From positions 780,272 to 844,271 of the forward strand of contig JAHDYR010000053.1 of the NCBI GenBank assembly GCA_019828565.1: a stretch of DNA of 64,000 bases. The letters are read 5' to 3'. This stretch comes from Carpediemonas membranifera BICM. Taxonomy: Eukaryota > Protista > Fornicata. The notes beneath the pieces are model-generated. The model did no database searches, was not told where the DNA came from, and was given only the letters and a program-made list of their open reading frames with translations. Both the position numbers and the translations under genes were made by a program. How positions within the stretch are numbered: position 1 is the first letter of the stretch; the number at the start of each line of letters is the position of its first letter. Below are positions 26,618-39,800 of this stretch, in pieces.

Positions 26618-29600
26618 TGTCAGGGTCCTACCCATTGTTTACATAGTTGATATATTTATTATTGCCATATTTACCACAGCAGGGTCAAACCCTCTCTTCT
26701 TTGCTTTTACTAAAAGTTCTTCTAAGTCTTGACAGACCACAATACTAGTATTCCCCTTTCATCATGACATTTAAGAACAAAGAAAAAGCGGTTCCCCCGC
26801 TATTCCGCGACCCTTCAATGAAGGCGTTGCTTGATTTTTACCTTCACCTCCAAACGTACCGTTCCCTCGGCGGTAAGGCCGATATCTCCGAACTCGTCGA
26901 TCCATCTATCGCTGACTATGTCTCGCAATGCATCGACGAGGCCGGTAACTCCGAAGACGATGATTACGTACCGTTACTGATGGCAACTACCGAGCGCCGC
27001 CGTCAAAAGCGCAACTTCAGCGATCTACGAATCCTCAAGCGCCTAGGCAGCGTACTGCGTCCCAGCAGATCCACCGCTCAGCTCGATCTTTTCCGTCTAC
27101 GCGCCAAGACCTTCGACCCCGTCGAGGTCAATAACGTCAATCGGAAGTTCAAGGCGCTCCAGCTGTTAGTCAATCCAGATGTACCTGAGGATGTGCTCAA
27201 AGAGACGTACTGCAGATGCTTCCGCGTGCAAGGATCCAACACGATCATGTACAAGGTCAAGGAGCTCGCAGAAGGCCTCGACATCCCCTCGATCATGCCG
27301 AAAGTCATGGCAATGTCACGCGACCTACAGGAGTCGCAAGAGATGGTGAACTCCTTCTCCCCCGCTGCTGCCCGTCCCAGAGCTCCACATGTTCACGAGC
27401 GCGAGCCACGCAGTGACCACCAAGATCCCTCGGAGCGCCACGACCGCCAAGGTTCGAAGCCCATAGTGAAGCCCAACCGTCAGAACAAGCCCAAGAAGCA
27501 GTACGTGTGCTACAACTGCGGTAAGCCCGGGCATCCGTCTTTCAAGTGCGCTGAGCCGAAGGCATTCTGCCCTAAGTGCCACAAGTCAGGACACCTGGCC
27601 GATTACTGCCCTACCAAGAAGGGAGTAAATCAGCGTCGGTGTGTTCATTCTGTTTCGGATTCAAAATTCGTCGCGGCCCTGAATGCCCCGAAGGAGATTT
27701 CCCCGGGTGACCTCCCTGTAGTGAACGCTCGTCTCGGCAAGCGCAAAGCCAATTCTTTACTCGACTCTGGTGCCAACTGTTCCACCATAAGCCCCAGACT
27801 AGTCGACGAGAAACGCTGCAAATGGATCTCGAGAGAACCCACGCAAATCCACACCGTCGGAGATACCCGTCAAGCAGAAGGCGAGGTAGAAGTAACCCTC
27901 AAGCTGGATCCATCTCCGTTCACTCCTCATGGTTGTACACTCACTCTCCGCGCCTACGTGATAGACACTGCGTTCGACATCATCATCGGATTTCCTCAGA
28001 TGGTAAGTCTCGGACTCTTGCCAAGCGCCATTCCCAGCTCCTCCGACCCGACTGAGGACTCTAGTGAGACCCCACCGGCCACGAAATACATCGCACAAGC
28101 CATGTCCGAGCTGTCCCAAGAGGCACGCGACCGACAGTCGTCTATACTTCGACGATACGCCTCCAACTTCAAAGAGCGTGATGCGCCTAGCCTACTAGAC
28201 CCCTACGACCTGGTGATCAAGGGAAACAAGGTCGTGAACGTCCGTCCATACTTCGTGCCTCCTCCTAAGGTCCCCATCGTTAAGGAGCACGTTGACACCT
28301 TGCTTGCAAAAGGCTTCATAGAGGCCTGTCAGTCTGATTATTCTAGCCCGACGATCGTTGTCCCCAAGAAGGGTGAGAAGACGCGGTTCGTGGTCGATTT
28401 CCGGGAAATTAACTCCTTGACCGAGCCGTTTGACTATCCGATTCCTCGCATTGACGAGATCTTGGCACAATTGAGTCGCAAGAGGATCTTCGCCACTCTT
28501 GACCTTGCCGCAGGTTACCACCAAATCGCGCTAACCGAGCGTTGTCGCCACCTAACGGCCTTCCGAACTGTCTTCGGACAGTATCAGTACACTCGCATGC
28601 CGTTTGGCCTGCGGAACGCTGGGGCTTATTTCCAGCGCGCGATGGAGACTGCGTTCGAGGGTCTGGTCGGATCTTCCTGCATTATCTATATTGATGACAT
28701 TATTGTAATGGGAGACTCTGAGGCAGAGTATCTGGATAACCTAGAGCGAGTGATGGCCCGAGTCGAAAAGATGAGACTCCACCTGGGTCGGGATAAGTGC
28801 CAGTTCGGCTGTGCCGAAGTTGAATTCTTGGGGTGGATCATCCACAATGGTACGGTTCGCATTTCACCTCAGCGTGTTGAAGATATAGCACAGTTGAAAG
28901 TCCCGAAGTCCACAAGAGGGTTCCAGGCCCTTCATGGGTTCCTGAACTACTTCCGCGATCATATCCCTTTCTTCGCCGAGCGAGTCAAGCCTATAACGGA
29001 TGCAATGTCCGGTAAGACGAGTTCTACAAGCGCTGACGTCTCCAAAGCACTAGAAGACGCGAAAGCCGCCCTCTGCTCCGCGGATGCACTCGCGATCTTC
29101 GACGCCACGCGTCCACACGTTGTTATGACTGACGCTTCCGCCGTGGGATACGGAGCGGTTCTCCTCCAAGACGGCAAGCCCGTCTGCTATCTATCGAAGG
29201 CATTTAATGATGTACAGTCGCGGTGGAGTGTTGGTGAAAAGAGGCGTACGCCATTGTGTCCGCGCTCCAGGCCTGGCGCAAGTTCTTGTGCTGGGAGCGC
29301 TTCGAGATCAAGACCGACCACCGTAACTTGCTCTATATGTATAAGTCGGTCAACGCTAAGGTCAGGCGCTGGGCCGATTCTATCGCCGATCTCGATTTCA
29401 CTATCTCCCACGTTCCCGGCCTCGATAACGGTGCCGCTGACGGTTTGTCTAGGGTGTTTGCCATGGCCAAGAAGACAGCAACGACCGAACAGATTCACCA
29501 AGCTCACTTGTTCGCTGACGTCCACCTGTCGAGACGTCTTACGATCGAGCGCCTCCGTGGCCAAGGACTGTCAGTCTCACGCGATGCAGTTGATAGGGTC

Positions 29601-31928
29601 GTATCCGACTGTCCGATCTGCCAAGTCCTCGATCGGCCGCCGGTCGACCAACCCGACGGTCTCCACACAGCTGTTGACACCCCACTACAACGCGTGGCAA
29701 TCGACACGATGGGTCCTTTGCCGTCCTGTGACGGGTACTCGTATATTACCGTCATGGTAGATATGTGCTCTCGCTGGACTGAATTAGTCCCTGCCAAGAG
29801 CAACTCCGGAAAAGAAGCAGCCGAGGCCTTTATCAATACCTGGGTCCTAAGATATGGAGCGCCGCAAGTACTCCAGTCAGACGGCGGATCTGAGTTTCAC
29901 AATGGCCTATTCCGACGACTATCGCAAGAGGTGGGGTTCCAGCAGCATATCACCACCGCGTACCATCCTCAGGCCAATGGGATGGTGGAAAGAGCGAACC
30001 AACAAGTCGAGAGGATCCTTAAGGCCCGTAAGTTCCAGTTAAGAAACCCCAACTGGCTCACACACCTGCCAGTCGCAAGATTCATTGCCAATTCGACGCC
30101 GAGAATCCCTACGAGGCTGTCCCCGGCCGAGATCATGCTGGGAGCCAACATCACTATCCCATCGACGCTTTATACCACGGACGCTTCCTCCGCAGGCATC
30201 ACCCAGTCCCACCGTAAGGCCGCCGAGGCTGCGGTACAGCTGGCTAAGTCCAGGATCTCAACTATGCGTGAAGAGGCGCTCGCCAGAGCGTCCTCTACCC
30301 GCTCAGAGATCCTCAGTCGCTACGTGCTCGTCAAGTACGCCAAAAGACCCCCAGATAAGCTGTCGCCGGGGTGGCGTGGCCCAATGCGAAGAGTCGAGTC
30401 AGTCAAGCGCGACGGTGTCACCGTGGGCTACATTGTACAGGACCTGTCGCAGCCGAGAGACGGCCCGACGATCAAGGTCGACGCTGCCAGAGTCCGACGG
30501 TTCAACCCTGGCACCTTGTCCGACACTCAGATCAAGGAGCTTGCCGCAGCCGCTACCGAGGAGTGGTACGTCGATCGGATCAGCCGCTCAGAGGGTCCCG
30601 ACGGTAGCAAGAGATGTCCGATGTCCAGACGCCGCTATCTGGTGCACTGGACAGGCTTCGAGGACTCTGAAGCCACCCTGCAGGATTACAGCTTCGTCAA
30701 AGACTTGGCCGCGCTCACTGAGTACCTAGAGTCAGAGCAAGCCAAGATCGACGGTCTGTAAATCATGCTCTGCTTGATTTGCGCATTTTCGTTAGCCACA
30801 ACCTCTAGAAAACAGCATATGATGTTGTTAATTGATGCTTTGCATACTGAATGGCGAGAGGAGCGCATACTGGAGACCAACGTCATCGCTTCCAGCGAGA
30901 TAGTACACTGTCTTCCGTCGTAAGACAACAAGCAGTCTTCTTAATGTTAACGCACAAGGTTCTACAGCCTTTTACACCGTGAAGAGAACTATACGCATCG
31001 TTTGTCGACGTCAAATGGATTGACGGCGACCCAAAAATGCGTCGACGGTGTGGCGGAGTAAGCAACCACGATGACCAGAATTGAACCTCCATCGCGAGGT
31101 CACTGGCCGAGATGACACCCTTTGGCGCACGTAGCTGGCGTCTATTAGGACCGAAAAGACGACCGGTGCGTGCACACCCATGTTTCGGGCAAGTCAGTAC
31201 TACTGAAGGAATCGTTACCGTGTAACGCCTCAATCCATCACATTTGATGTCCTAATGGCGCGATTGATGTTGTTATTTGCATTAAGAGCTTACTCGTGGC
31301 GATCGTGTAGTTCTAGGGAGCTCCGAAAGAAGAAAGCACGAGAACTCGCCAACAAAAGCCCTACTGAGGCTATTGGAGGTCTTTTTTGGACTCTATGTAA
31401 GAATAGGCGCAATCAGCGCGAGGACTTGTCCATTCCTGAGATCCGAACTCGTTATGTGCCCAAAAGTGCACATTGAAATGTTTGCGTTCTTTACGGCCGA
31501 GGTATGGCCGTGGAGGGCAGGGAGACCTGCAGTCCCCATTCCCATAACATAGCATGCTCACACAGCGGTACCGCGACAATTTCGAATATTTTCGAATCTT
31601 CAGATTCGTTTTGATATCCTTACCGATTATGGCCTTCTGGGTCCTGCCAAGTCCTAGGAGTGGTCCAGCCGTTGGGGTGGCACCCAACAGGGCTGTATCC
31701 AATCGACCAACATCGGGAAATCCTCACCACTCGCCTGTGGCGCAGTGGCCGTGAAGGTGACACCTTGAGGTCATGTCAGCCTATAGGCTGGCATGGAGGG
31801 GCAGTGTCAGGGTCCTACCCATTGTTTACATAGTTGATATATTTATTATTGCCATATTTACCACAGCAGGGTCAAACCCTCTCTTCTTTGCTTTTACTAA
31901 AAGTTCTTCTAAGTCTTGACAGACCACA
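26618..31928 (+). mobile_element. Ty3/gypsy chromodomain LTR retrotransposon C, 124-bp LTRs (26618-26741, 31805-31928)
   Basis: Identical LTRs, TSD CGGC, PPT GGAGGGGCAG; ~1 kb extra region between pol and 3' LTR. Confidence 0.95.
26764..30761 (+). CDS. Gag-Pol polyprotein of element C (frameshift in A-run near 29237)
   Basis: Two CCHC knuckles, LDSGA, YIDD, TDAS, integrase DDE, chromodomain (EEWYVDRI..YLVHWTGF). Confidence 0.92.
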
Positions 31929-32088
31929 CGGCAGATACGTGTGATTTCCTATCCAAATTCCGTAAGAAAGCTCTACGTCAGTTGTTAACCCCTGAACACG
32001 CGCGCTTAGGAGTAATATTACTGTGGTGAACGTAGGATTCACAGGGGAGCTGAACTGATTTATAAACTGCACTGACTTGATCACTACA

Positions 32089-33142
32089 CAGGGTTAGGCC
32101 GCCTGCGGCACGCAGGAGACACGTCTCAATCTCGATGGCTTGCGCCTTCGTGAGGTGCCTCCTGCGCTCCGTCCCCATGGCTCGCTCGAGCGCGGGGGGC
32201 GAGAGAAGCGTCTGGCGGACTGTGTCGGCATCACGCCAGAGCTCTTCCCGCAGGTCCGGGTGGATGGCGTCCCGTAGGTCACGAGCGAAGGCTGCGATAG
32301 CCTGGTTCACTCGGACCGTTGGTACGTCCATCCCCCGGTGGTTGGTGTCAGCCACGCTTTGGCCGCCAGGCATGGGAGCGGGTGCCCCGTTATGTCTAGG
32401 CTGGACATTCGTGGGCCGACTGGTCTCCTCGCTGTCGTTAGGTCTAGGCACGATGCCTGTCTCCTGTGACTGGGCGGGGGTGGGTGGTCCTGAGCCGAGA
32501 GGTGGACTTATCGGGGGTATAAGCTCCGCGATCATCATCTCCTCCCTCTCGATTTGCGTTCCTGATGTTTGGTGGGCTGACGCAACGGGTCCGTTGTCAA
32601 TCTCATCGATGGTGGAGAGCCGTGGGCATCCCGCCGCCCGTAGTTGCTCTAGTAGAGCCCTGCGGCGGCCTAGGGATAGCGTATGGTCACGGCCCTCTGT
32701 GTCTATACGGATTCGCGAGTCCATTCGGTGCATCAGGAATTGGACGGGATGCGGCGGTAGGTTCCTGATCAACTGGATTGAGCTTAGTACTTGGTGTAAT
32801 CTCTGCTTGAAGTCTCGGTTTGAGGGCCTCTGGATCACTGGGAAGAGCGGACTCACAGTGGCAATGAGTTCTTCGGAGACTCTCTTGGTGAAGCGCTCGG
32901 GACGTCCTCTATCTTGAATGAACAGCTTTTTCACAAGCTCTACATCGTTAAAGAGGCGGCGGACTTTCTGGTACGAGGACCAGTGTTCGGCAAAGAGAGA
33001 TTTTGGTACATGCTTACCAAACAGAATGCGCACGGCGTCGAAGATCTGGGAAACAGGATCTTCGAGCTGGATAGTTCCTTCAGTCCCGCTCAGAAGCCGC
33101 TCCACGACTTCTTTGCTGACAAAGACTGAGACTACCATCGCC
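32089..33142 (-). mobile_element. CRE-like copy 5, 5' part (ORF1 fused in frame to the RT ORF N-terminus)
   Basis: Resumes exactly after TSD CAGGG; ORF from 33138 reads ORF1 through into MPGGQSV. Confidence 0.9.
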
Positions 33143-33499
33143 GTTTAATAGGTCGAAAACCTCCTTTCACGCTGCGTCCAGAGACGTTTGCGCCTGTATT
33201 CCCGCGCCTGTGTCGACTTAGATGTGTCACCTGTGGGCATCCCTTGTTCGGCTCCTCCGGCTGCTCCCGCAGCCTCGTCGCCGGCCCCCTCGGCCTTTCC
33301 ACACGCGAGATGAGATTCCAGCACAAATTATTCCCGCAGCCAGTCCTGCGCTGTGGCCCGCTCGAACTGCGTGACGTAATCCGAGTAGATCTGGACGTTG
33401 CCGTTCCAGATGCAGCGCATCACTTCCTGCTCCAGGAAGCGGCCGGCCCCCACACTCAGGCCGACCATCTTACACAATCTCACACACCAGGACTCGCCC
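33143..33499 (-). mobile_element. 5'-truncated copy 6 of the CRE-like element (RLE C-terminus + 3' spacer)
   Basis: Identity to the unit stops abruptly at 33499 (GESWCVRL...DWLRE* retained). Confidence 0.88.
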
Positions 33500-33874
33500 C
33501 GTATGGCAGGCACATAGCCAAGCTTAAATGGGGAGAATTTATCTTCGTTACCCATAACATGATGTTCCTTCCTGTATCGCATGTCGTATTAAGGGGGCAC
33601 CGAACCTACCGGTGCGTCAGATGGTGCGAGGGATGTACACACCACCACGACCCAACAAGCACCCTCGATATCCAGGTTATTAGTTCCAGACTCAGCCAGG
33701 GGCGTAGTAGTTGGGGGGTATATGCGGGCGATGATGCGACTCGGCGTGACTCAGGGGTCTGAGCCGGACATGGGAGTGGGCCGAGGCCGTAGGCGACGGT
33801 GCCGCACAGAATTGCCGCGTCAGACAGATTCATGACACAAGTAGTTGTCACACAGTACAGTCATCTTTACAATC

Positions 33875-36800
33875 TTACCTCTTACCGAGCTTCTGGTCTC
33901 TGAGCAACTGAACGGTCTGCACCACGTGTGGATACACCTTACGGTCAGTGAATGGGAACTCCCAGAAGTGATAGGTCTCATTGCACACGAGCTCAATGAA
34001 AGTGGTCAGCAGGCCCCATGGGTGCGGGCGATGGACCATGAGGCGCTCAAGCATGACACGGACGATAATCTCCTTGTGGGGTACCTCGTGCTGATGGTGG
34101 AACATCATGAGCAGGATCTTGCCGAACACAGCTGTGTGGCGGTTGGGGAACCGCAGCTGGTTGACCATGCAGCCGTAGAGCGCGTACTTGCCCTCGTCGT
34201 CGAGTCGGTCGGCCAGGTCAAGCAGGAACTTGTAAATGCGGTTGTCAGACGGGACAGTCGTAAGCTCGGCCGGGAGCTCCTGGGAGAGCTGGTGACCACA
34301 GTAGATCACAGCGGCGTGCATCACAGAGGGCGAGTAGCGCAGCGCAGCCCTCTGTGTGACCTCGGGCGTCATGAGCATCGAGACTACGTGGCCGACGTTG
34401 ATGTCTCCTCCGTTAAAGAAGACGTCAAGCACGGGTTTGAGACCACATTGTGCCAGATGGGTAACATAGGTTGGCTGGACCAACGGTATCTTCCTCATAT
34501 CTTCGATCTGGTCTAGATTGAGTCCGGGTTGAAGGGGATCCGGCATATCTGTGCCATAGGGGTAGGCAGATAGGATCAGATTCCGGAGTTGGATGGCGAC
34601 AGACGGGATCGCGTTACACAGACTGAAGTACTGCGTGCACAGGAACTGCGGGTAGTCGTGCAGCAGGACCAGAAGCACTCGGAGAACCGCCTTGTATAGG
34701 GTCCGGATGGGGTCCGTGAGGGCCAGGCTCTTCAGAGGGGTGTTGAGGAAGCGGAGCAGGTCTACTAGCAGTCTCTTGAAGTAGCCAGACTTCTTGGTGT
34801 CGGCGCCAGCGGGATGAAGCAGCTGTGACATGAACAGTGGGTCACCGATGAGTTGGGTCCAGCCAAATACGAAGCCCGGATAACGGCTGGGCTCTAGGTT
34901 GTGGTAGAGATTGCAGAACGTCACGAGAATGTGATCCTTGAGGCCCAGCAGGGCGGGGTGCGGCGAGAGGCAGTCGGTGTACAGCGAGTTGAAGAAGCGA
35001 AGATATGGCCGGTGGTTGAACTGCCCCCGCTGGCTCTCGTGGGCGCGGTGCAGCATGCGGCAGGCGGCAGTCATTGCCCGGGCGAGCAGGGTGATGCGGG
35101 GTGAGACCTCGCTGTCGTCTCCGTCGTGCAGGAGGCACAGAATCCGGACAAAGAGCGAGCTGAACGAGTCGATGGCCGCGAAGGAGGGCTGGGCGTTGCT
35201 GAGAGTGTCAGTGCTGGCCTGGATGGCGCGGGTAACCATGTGCCGGATGCAGACCTCAGCTGCCTGGGTTGTCCTGAAGCCGCCGAGGCGGGCAAGGGCG
35301 ATGACGAAGTGACGGGCACCCATCACGGAGGTGATGAAGGAAGGCGAGGGTGACGTATCGGCAGCCACCCACTGCTGGAAGATCTGGTCGATCGCACGGC
35401 CCAGGACGGGGCTGAGACTGTCTGAGCCAAACCCGGCAGCGGCGGCAGCGGTGAGCTCGGGATCGTGTATGGGCTGGGGCAGGGCGTCGAGCTCGGCCAT
35501 GATGCGGCAGAGGTCGACCGGGCGACGGAGATAGAGCTTGGGTCCCGAGAAGTTCGACATATCGGTCGGGGGGATGTATGCTCTGAGCGCGGCCCTGAGG
35601 TTGAGGTGGGGGTCGGCCGAGGCCTTGGGGATGTGGAGCAGCCCGCCGAGGGGAAGCTGGTCCTGCGAGAGGAGGAAGGAGTAGTCGAACTGCGGCGTGT
35701 ACGTGGCCTCTTGGGAGAGGACGAGGTCAGAGAGCAGGGAGGCCGCGGTCGACAGGATGGCCGCACGGGCTTCGACGAAGGCGGCATCGTCATTGCTGGC
35801 GTTGTTGGCCTTGTCCAGGGCAGCTACGGCCGTGACGGCCTGGCACGCGATGTTCACTACGGCGGTGCCGTCAAGAACGCGGGTCATGATCATAGCGGTA
35901 CGGATGTGGGCGGGGAGGGCGCAGATGTAGGCCAACTCAACCACACGGATGTTGGTGGACGCCACGACGGGGTGCAGCTTGGACACCAGGCCTGTCGTGG
36001 CCTCCATGGGGACGATCTCAGCCAGTGTCGCGATGGTGGCCAGGGAAGGGAGGTCCGTGGCGACCTCAAGCAGGTGCGTCGTGCCGAGAACGGACGCGAG
36101 CACAGAGACGACCGCTGTGACAGCAAGGGCGGGGTGCTGGTCCCGGGAGATGGCGACAATATGGCGGCCGACGGTGACGGCCAGGCGAGACCGGGCCTCG
36201 GCCTTAGTAGCGGCCACAATGAGGGGGACGTTGGTCATGACGAGCTGGCGGAGGGGCCCCAGGGACTTCGGGTCGAGCACGGAGTCGACCGTGACGTGAG
36301 TGGGGCGGGCCGACTCGGCGATGACAGAACCGGTCCAGCTGAACAGCGCGGTGATCTGGGCGTCGAGGTGGGGGTTGGCCTCAGCGTCGGTCATGCCGGC
36401 CTTGATGGCCAGGGGTCCGAAGTCGCCGGCCTCTACACGGGCGAGGACTGCGGCGAGCTCGTCGCAGCACTGGCGGGTGGTGGGGGCGCACCCGACGGGG
36501 ATGTGCTGGTCGGGCTCGTAGTGCAGCCCGAGTCCTTGGGGCATGTGAATGCCGACCAGGGTCAGGTAGGCGTCGAACTGGGTGCTGCGGGTGGCGTAGC
36601 GCCAGGGGAGGCCGTTACCGTCGAAGTTGTCGGGGTTGGCGCGGCGTGCAGCCTGGACAATGGGGTGGGATGGACCGCGGGCAGGGGCCCACTCAGTTCG
36701 GATGGCAGTCGAGGGCACATGGCCGTCGAGCAGGGCACCGAGGATACCGCGCTGGGCTGTGGGCAGCTGGGCCATGACGGCGCTGCGCTGTTCCAGGATG

Positions 36801-39800
36801 ACTCTGTCGGCTGCAGAGTGCTGGCGCTTGCGACGGGCCTGGACAGCATCCGAGCGCTCGAGAGCCTCAGCGACGGAGGAGGCGGCGAGTTCACGAGCGG
36901 CGGTTACAGCCTTGTGGGCCGCATTCTCCGCGTGCCATCCGGCGATGTAGTCCGCGATCTGGCCCATGTGGGCGGGCGTGTCGGGGTGGAGGACATCGTC
37001 GATTGCCTGGCGGAGGTAGAACGTGACGAATCTGCGGGTGTAGGTGCCGACAAGGGCCGTGGCTGTGGACATCGCGATGCTCTTCGCCGTCTCGATGTAC
37101 ACGACGGGATTGGGTTCAGCGGCGAGGTCCTTCTCGACCATGGTCAGCGCGATGATGTGGGCCAGCCCAGTAACGTGGGATACGACCTCCTTGTGTGCCC
37201 TGGTGGTGATGTCCTGCACACAGTCGGTGACGTAACGGGAGAAGCGGGCGTTGGACCGGAACAGGAGCTTGCACATGTCGAACAGTCTCCGCTGGGACAA
37301 CCGCTGGGGGGCGGGGCCGTAGGGTGGGGCGATGAGCGGCCGCTCCTTGATAGACTCCGCGGCAGACCGGGCGACCTTAGCGGCCCGTTGGGACTCAGGG
37401 ACGGGGAGGTGCCCTGCGATGAGCTGGCCGTGGAACGAGGGGATGGTCACCTCAGCGAGGTTGAGCCCCTTCTTGCCGATGAGGGATTGGTACTCGTAGA
37501 CGGGCGTCGGTGTGGGGGGACCCTGTTTCTCGTAGTACTCGGCGATGTCTCTGATGAGGCTCAGCAGCATCAGCGACCAGCCGCAAGTCGAGGAGATGGC
37601 ACGGCTCTCCTTGGTGTGCCGCAGGATGGCAGTGACGAAGGGCAGGACAGCCGTCATCCGATCTGTCTCCATTGCGGTGGTTAGTATCGCGTATAGATCG
37701 AGCTCATCCCGCATAATGGGGCGGTTACGGGAGATCGTCAGTAGGGCAAAGAAGTTGCCGAGGTTCTTGAGCTGCGTGCGCTCGTCCGTTGACCGTGTGA
37801 GCGTGGGGGCGTCCAGGAAGGCCCGGATGAAGGCCAGCGTCTCGTCCTTGAGACCCTCTACGATGCCCTCGATGCCCATACGGTACATCGTCTCGAGGAT
37901 ACAACGGTGCTGCTCGCTGTACATGCAGATGCGGTTGGCCACGATGTACACGGTCAACCAGGGGCCGTACTGCTGGGCGATCGGCACCAGGTCGGGGGGT
38001 ACGGTCTGGGTCATGTCGATCTTGTTCAGAGCGAGGGTGGTACGCTTGACGATGTCCTCTGTTGGGCGTCGGACTGCAGCGGCCCGCTCAGCCTCGACCC
38101 TGATGCGGAGGGTTGCCTGGCTGCGGGGTCCGGTGGCCATGCGGTTCATGACACGCGGCATGGTGTCAGGCTCCACCTTGCGGTCATGACGGACACGGGC
38201 CTGGTCGATTAAGCCCCGTTTCGTGGCCGTAGTGGTCAGGTACTTCACGTCCTGGTCGTACCGGGTCTTGAGCGGCGAGTTGAGCAATGCCTGGAATGCT
38301 GCCATGAGTGTCTGGGACGTCAGGGGGAACTTGGAGGGGGCAACCTGCGTTCGACGCTGCTGCTGTTGCTCGGGTGCGATCTTGAGGTTGAGATAGCTGA
38401 GGAACTCGCGGTAGGCCTCTTCGGGGTCAACCTTGGTCTGACGTCTGTCGGCTGGGTTGAAGAGAGCCTGCAGCCAGTGGTGGAGGTTGAAGATGGAACG
38501 GGAGTAAGCGAGGCACGCCAGGTCAAAGATGAAGGCATTAGGGGGCATGTACTTGGTGATGAGGTCGTGGATGAACTTGATCTCGTGGGCGACATCGAGG
38601 ATCCGGGACACGTAAGCGTCCTGGCCCTGAGTGTATAGGAAGTAAAGGGCTTGGGCTGCCGAGCGGGGGTTGACGGCAACCACTTCTCTCATGACAGGGA
38701 CTGTATTCTGCTGGTCCATGACGTTCCGGACGAGACGGACGAAGAGCACCTGGTAGTTGTAGGTGCCCCCTTTGGACCTGGCGATGGTGAGGTCCTGGCC
38801 GTACACCTTGTGCAGCTGGAGACTGGCTAGGGTGAAGCAGAACACGTCGGGAACTGACTCAGCGCCGAGGTGGAAGATGCGGAGGACGGATTCGTGGTGG
38901 AACTCGGTCAGCAGGAGAAGAGTGGCCAGCAGGTCCGTCATCGAGAACAGGCGGGCGTGGATGCGCTGCTCGGGCGTGAGGCTGGGTGTGAGTCGGTCAA
39001 GGAACTCAGGAACGACCAGGTTAGCCGATGATGTGAGCGTCTCGATGTATCTCTTGCCGATCTCAGGATGGAACATAGATTCGACCAAAACCATCTGGGC
39101 CTTGGAGCACTGCCAGACGCCAAACAGGGCGCTGGGGTCGAAGGGCTTGGGGATGGCGACGAGGGCGCTGAGGAGTCTGTCGAGTGTCTCCACACCGGAT
39201 GGAACGAACGTGGGAGTGTCCAATGACCGCAGCACGCGGGACCAGTCGGGTTGGCGGGTCTGTTCGAGCCACTTGAAGAAGATGCCGAGGTCCCAGCGGG
39301 TGGGGATGGCGAATGGCCGCTCGGGTCCGAGGTCGGCCTGAATCTCGGACATCTTCAGGTACTGGACAACAGAGGAGGTCGTCGGCTTGGGGCCGAGCCG
39401 AGCGTATGTCTGCTGGACGGGGATGAGCATGGCAGCGATGGCGTTGCCGATCTGTGCGTATGTGGCGGGGTTGTCGATTGACCCGACGACCCGGGAGAAC
39501 ACCGCATCAATGAGCTCTGGGTGGGTGGCAAGAGGACCCACGTCGGTCAGCCAGGCCGTGACCTTGGGGGCGGGGCGGGTCGACATGACCTGGGGGCCCT
39601 GGGGGGCGTCGAGCTTGGCCTCCTGCCGCTGGGGGTGGGGCCGCATGTTGGTGAGGTAGCGCTTGACCGAGGAGGACTGGGGCAGTAGGGTGTAGATGGT
39701 CGAGTAGCACTTGACGATCAGCTGCTGGGTCTGCTGGGCGAGGTTCGCGATGTTGGGCTGGTTGAGGTTGGCGAGCCAGGCGAGCAGCAGATAGACGGAG

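Larger units (their letters stand above)
19640..32088 (-). mobile_element. LTR element A: non-autonomous/degenerate, 67-bp identical LTRs (19640-19706, 32022-32088), hosting elements B and C
   Basis: TG..CA LTRs identical; 5-bp TSD CAGGG (19635-19639, 32089-32093); PPT GGGGGCAG next to the left LTR on minus; ~2.6 kb own internal sequence without a long ORF. Confidence 0.9.
830..33499 (-). repeat. Head-to-tail tandem array of a ~3.98-kb non-LTR retrotransposon (6 copies incl. partial), interrupted by an LTR nest at 19640-32088
   Basis: ORF1 starts recur at 4807, 8786, 12764, 16744 (period 3978-3980) and 33138; near-identical sequence. Confidence 0.97.

Noticed and set aside
830-33499. CRISPR array, retron or other prokaryotic RT system
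   Set aside because: Context is eukaryotic (introns, NOT1, UPF3, NHP2), no short repeat-spacer pattern, and the RTs are non-LTR and Ty3/gypsy types.
33500-33874. Matching tRNA half or TSD at the far end of the array (TGGTGCGA at ~33622)
   Set aside because: Only an 8-nt match; no tRNA fold or duplication of the left flank.
35465-37684. 739-aa plus-strand ORF
   Set aside because: Antisense shadow of GC3-rich NOT1; likewise 47034-48017 opposite GDH.
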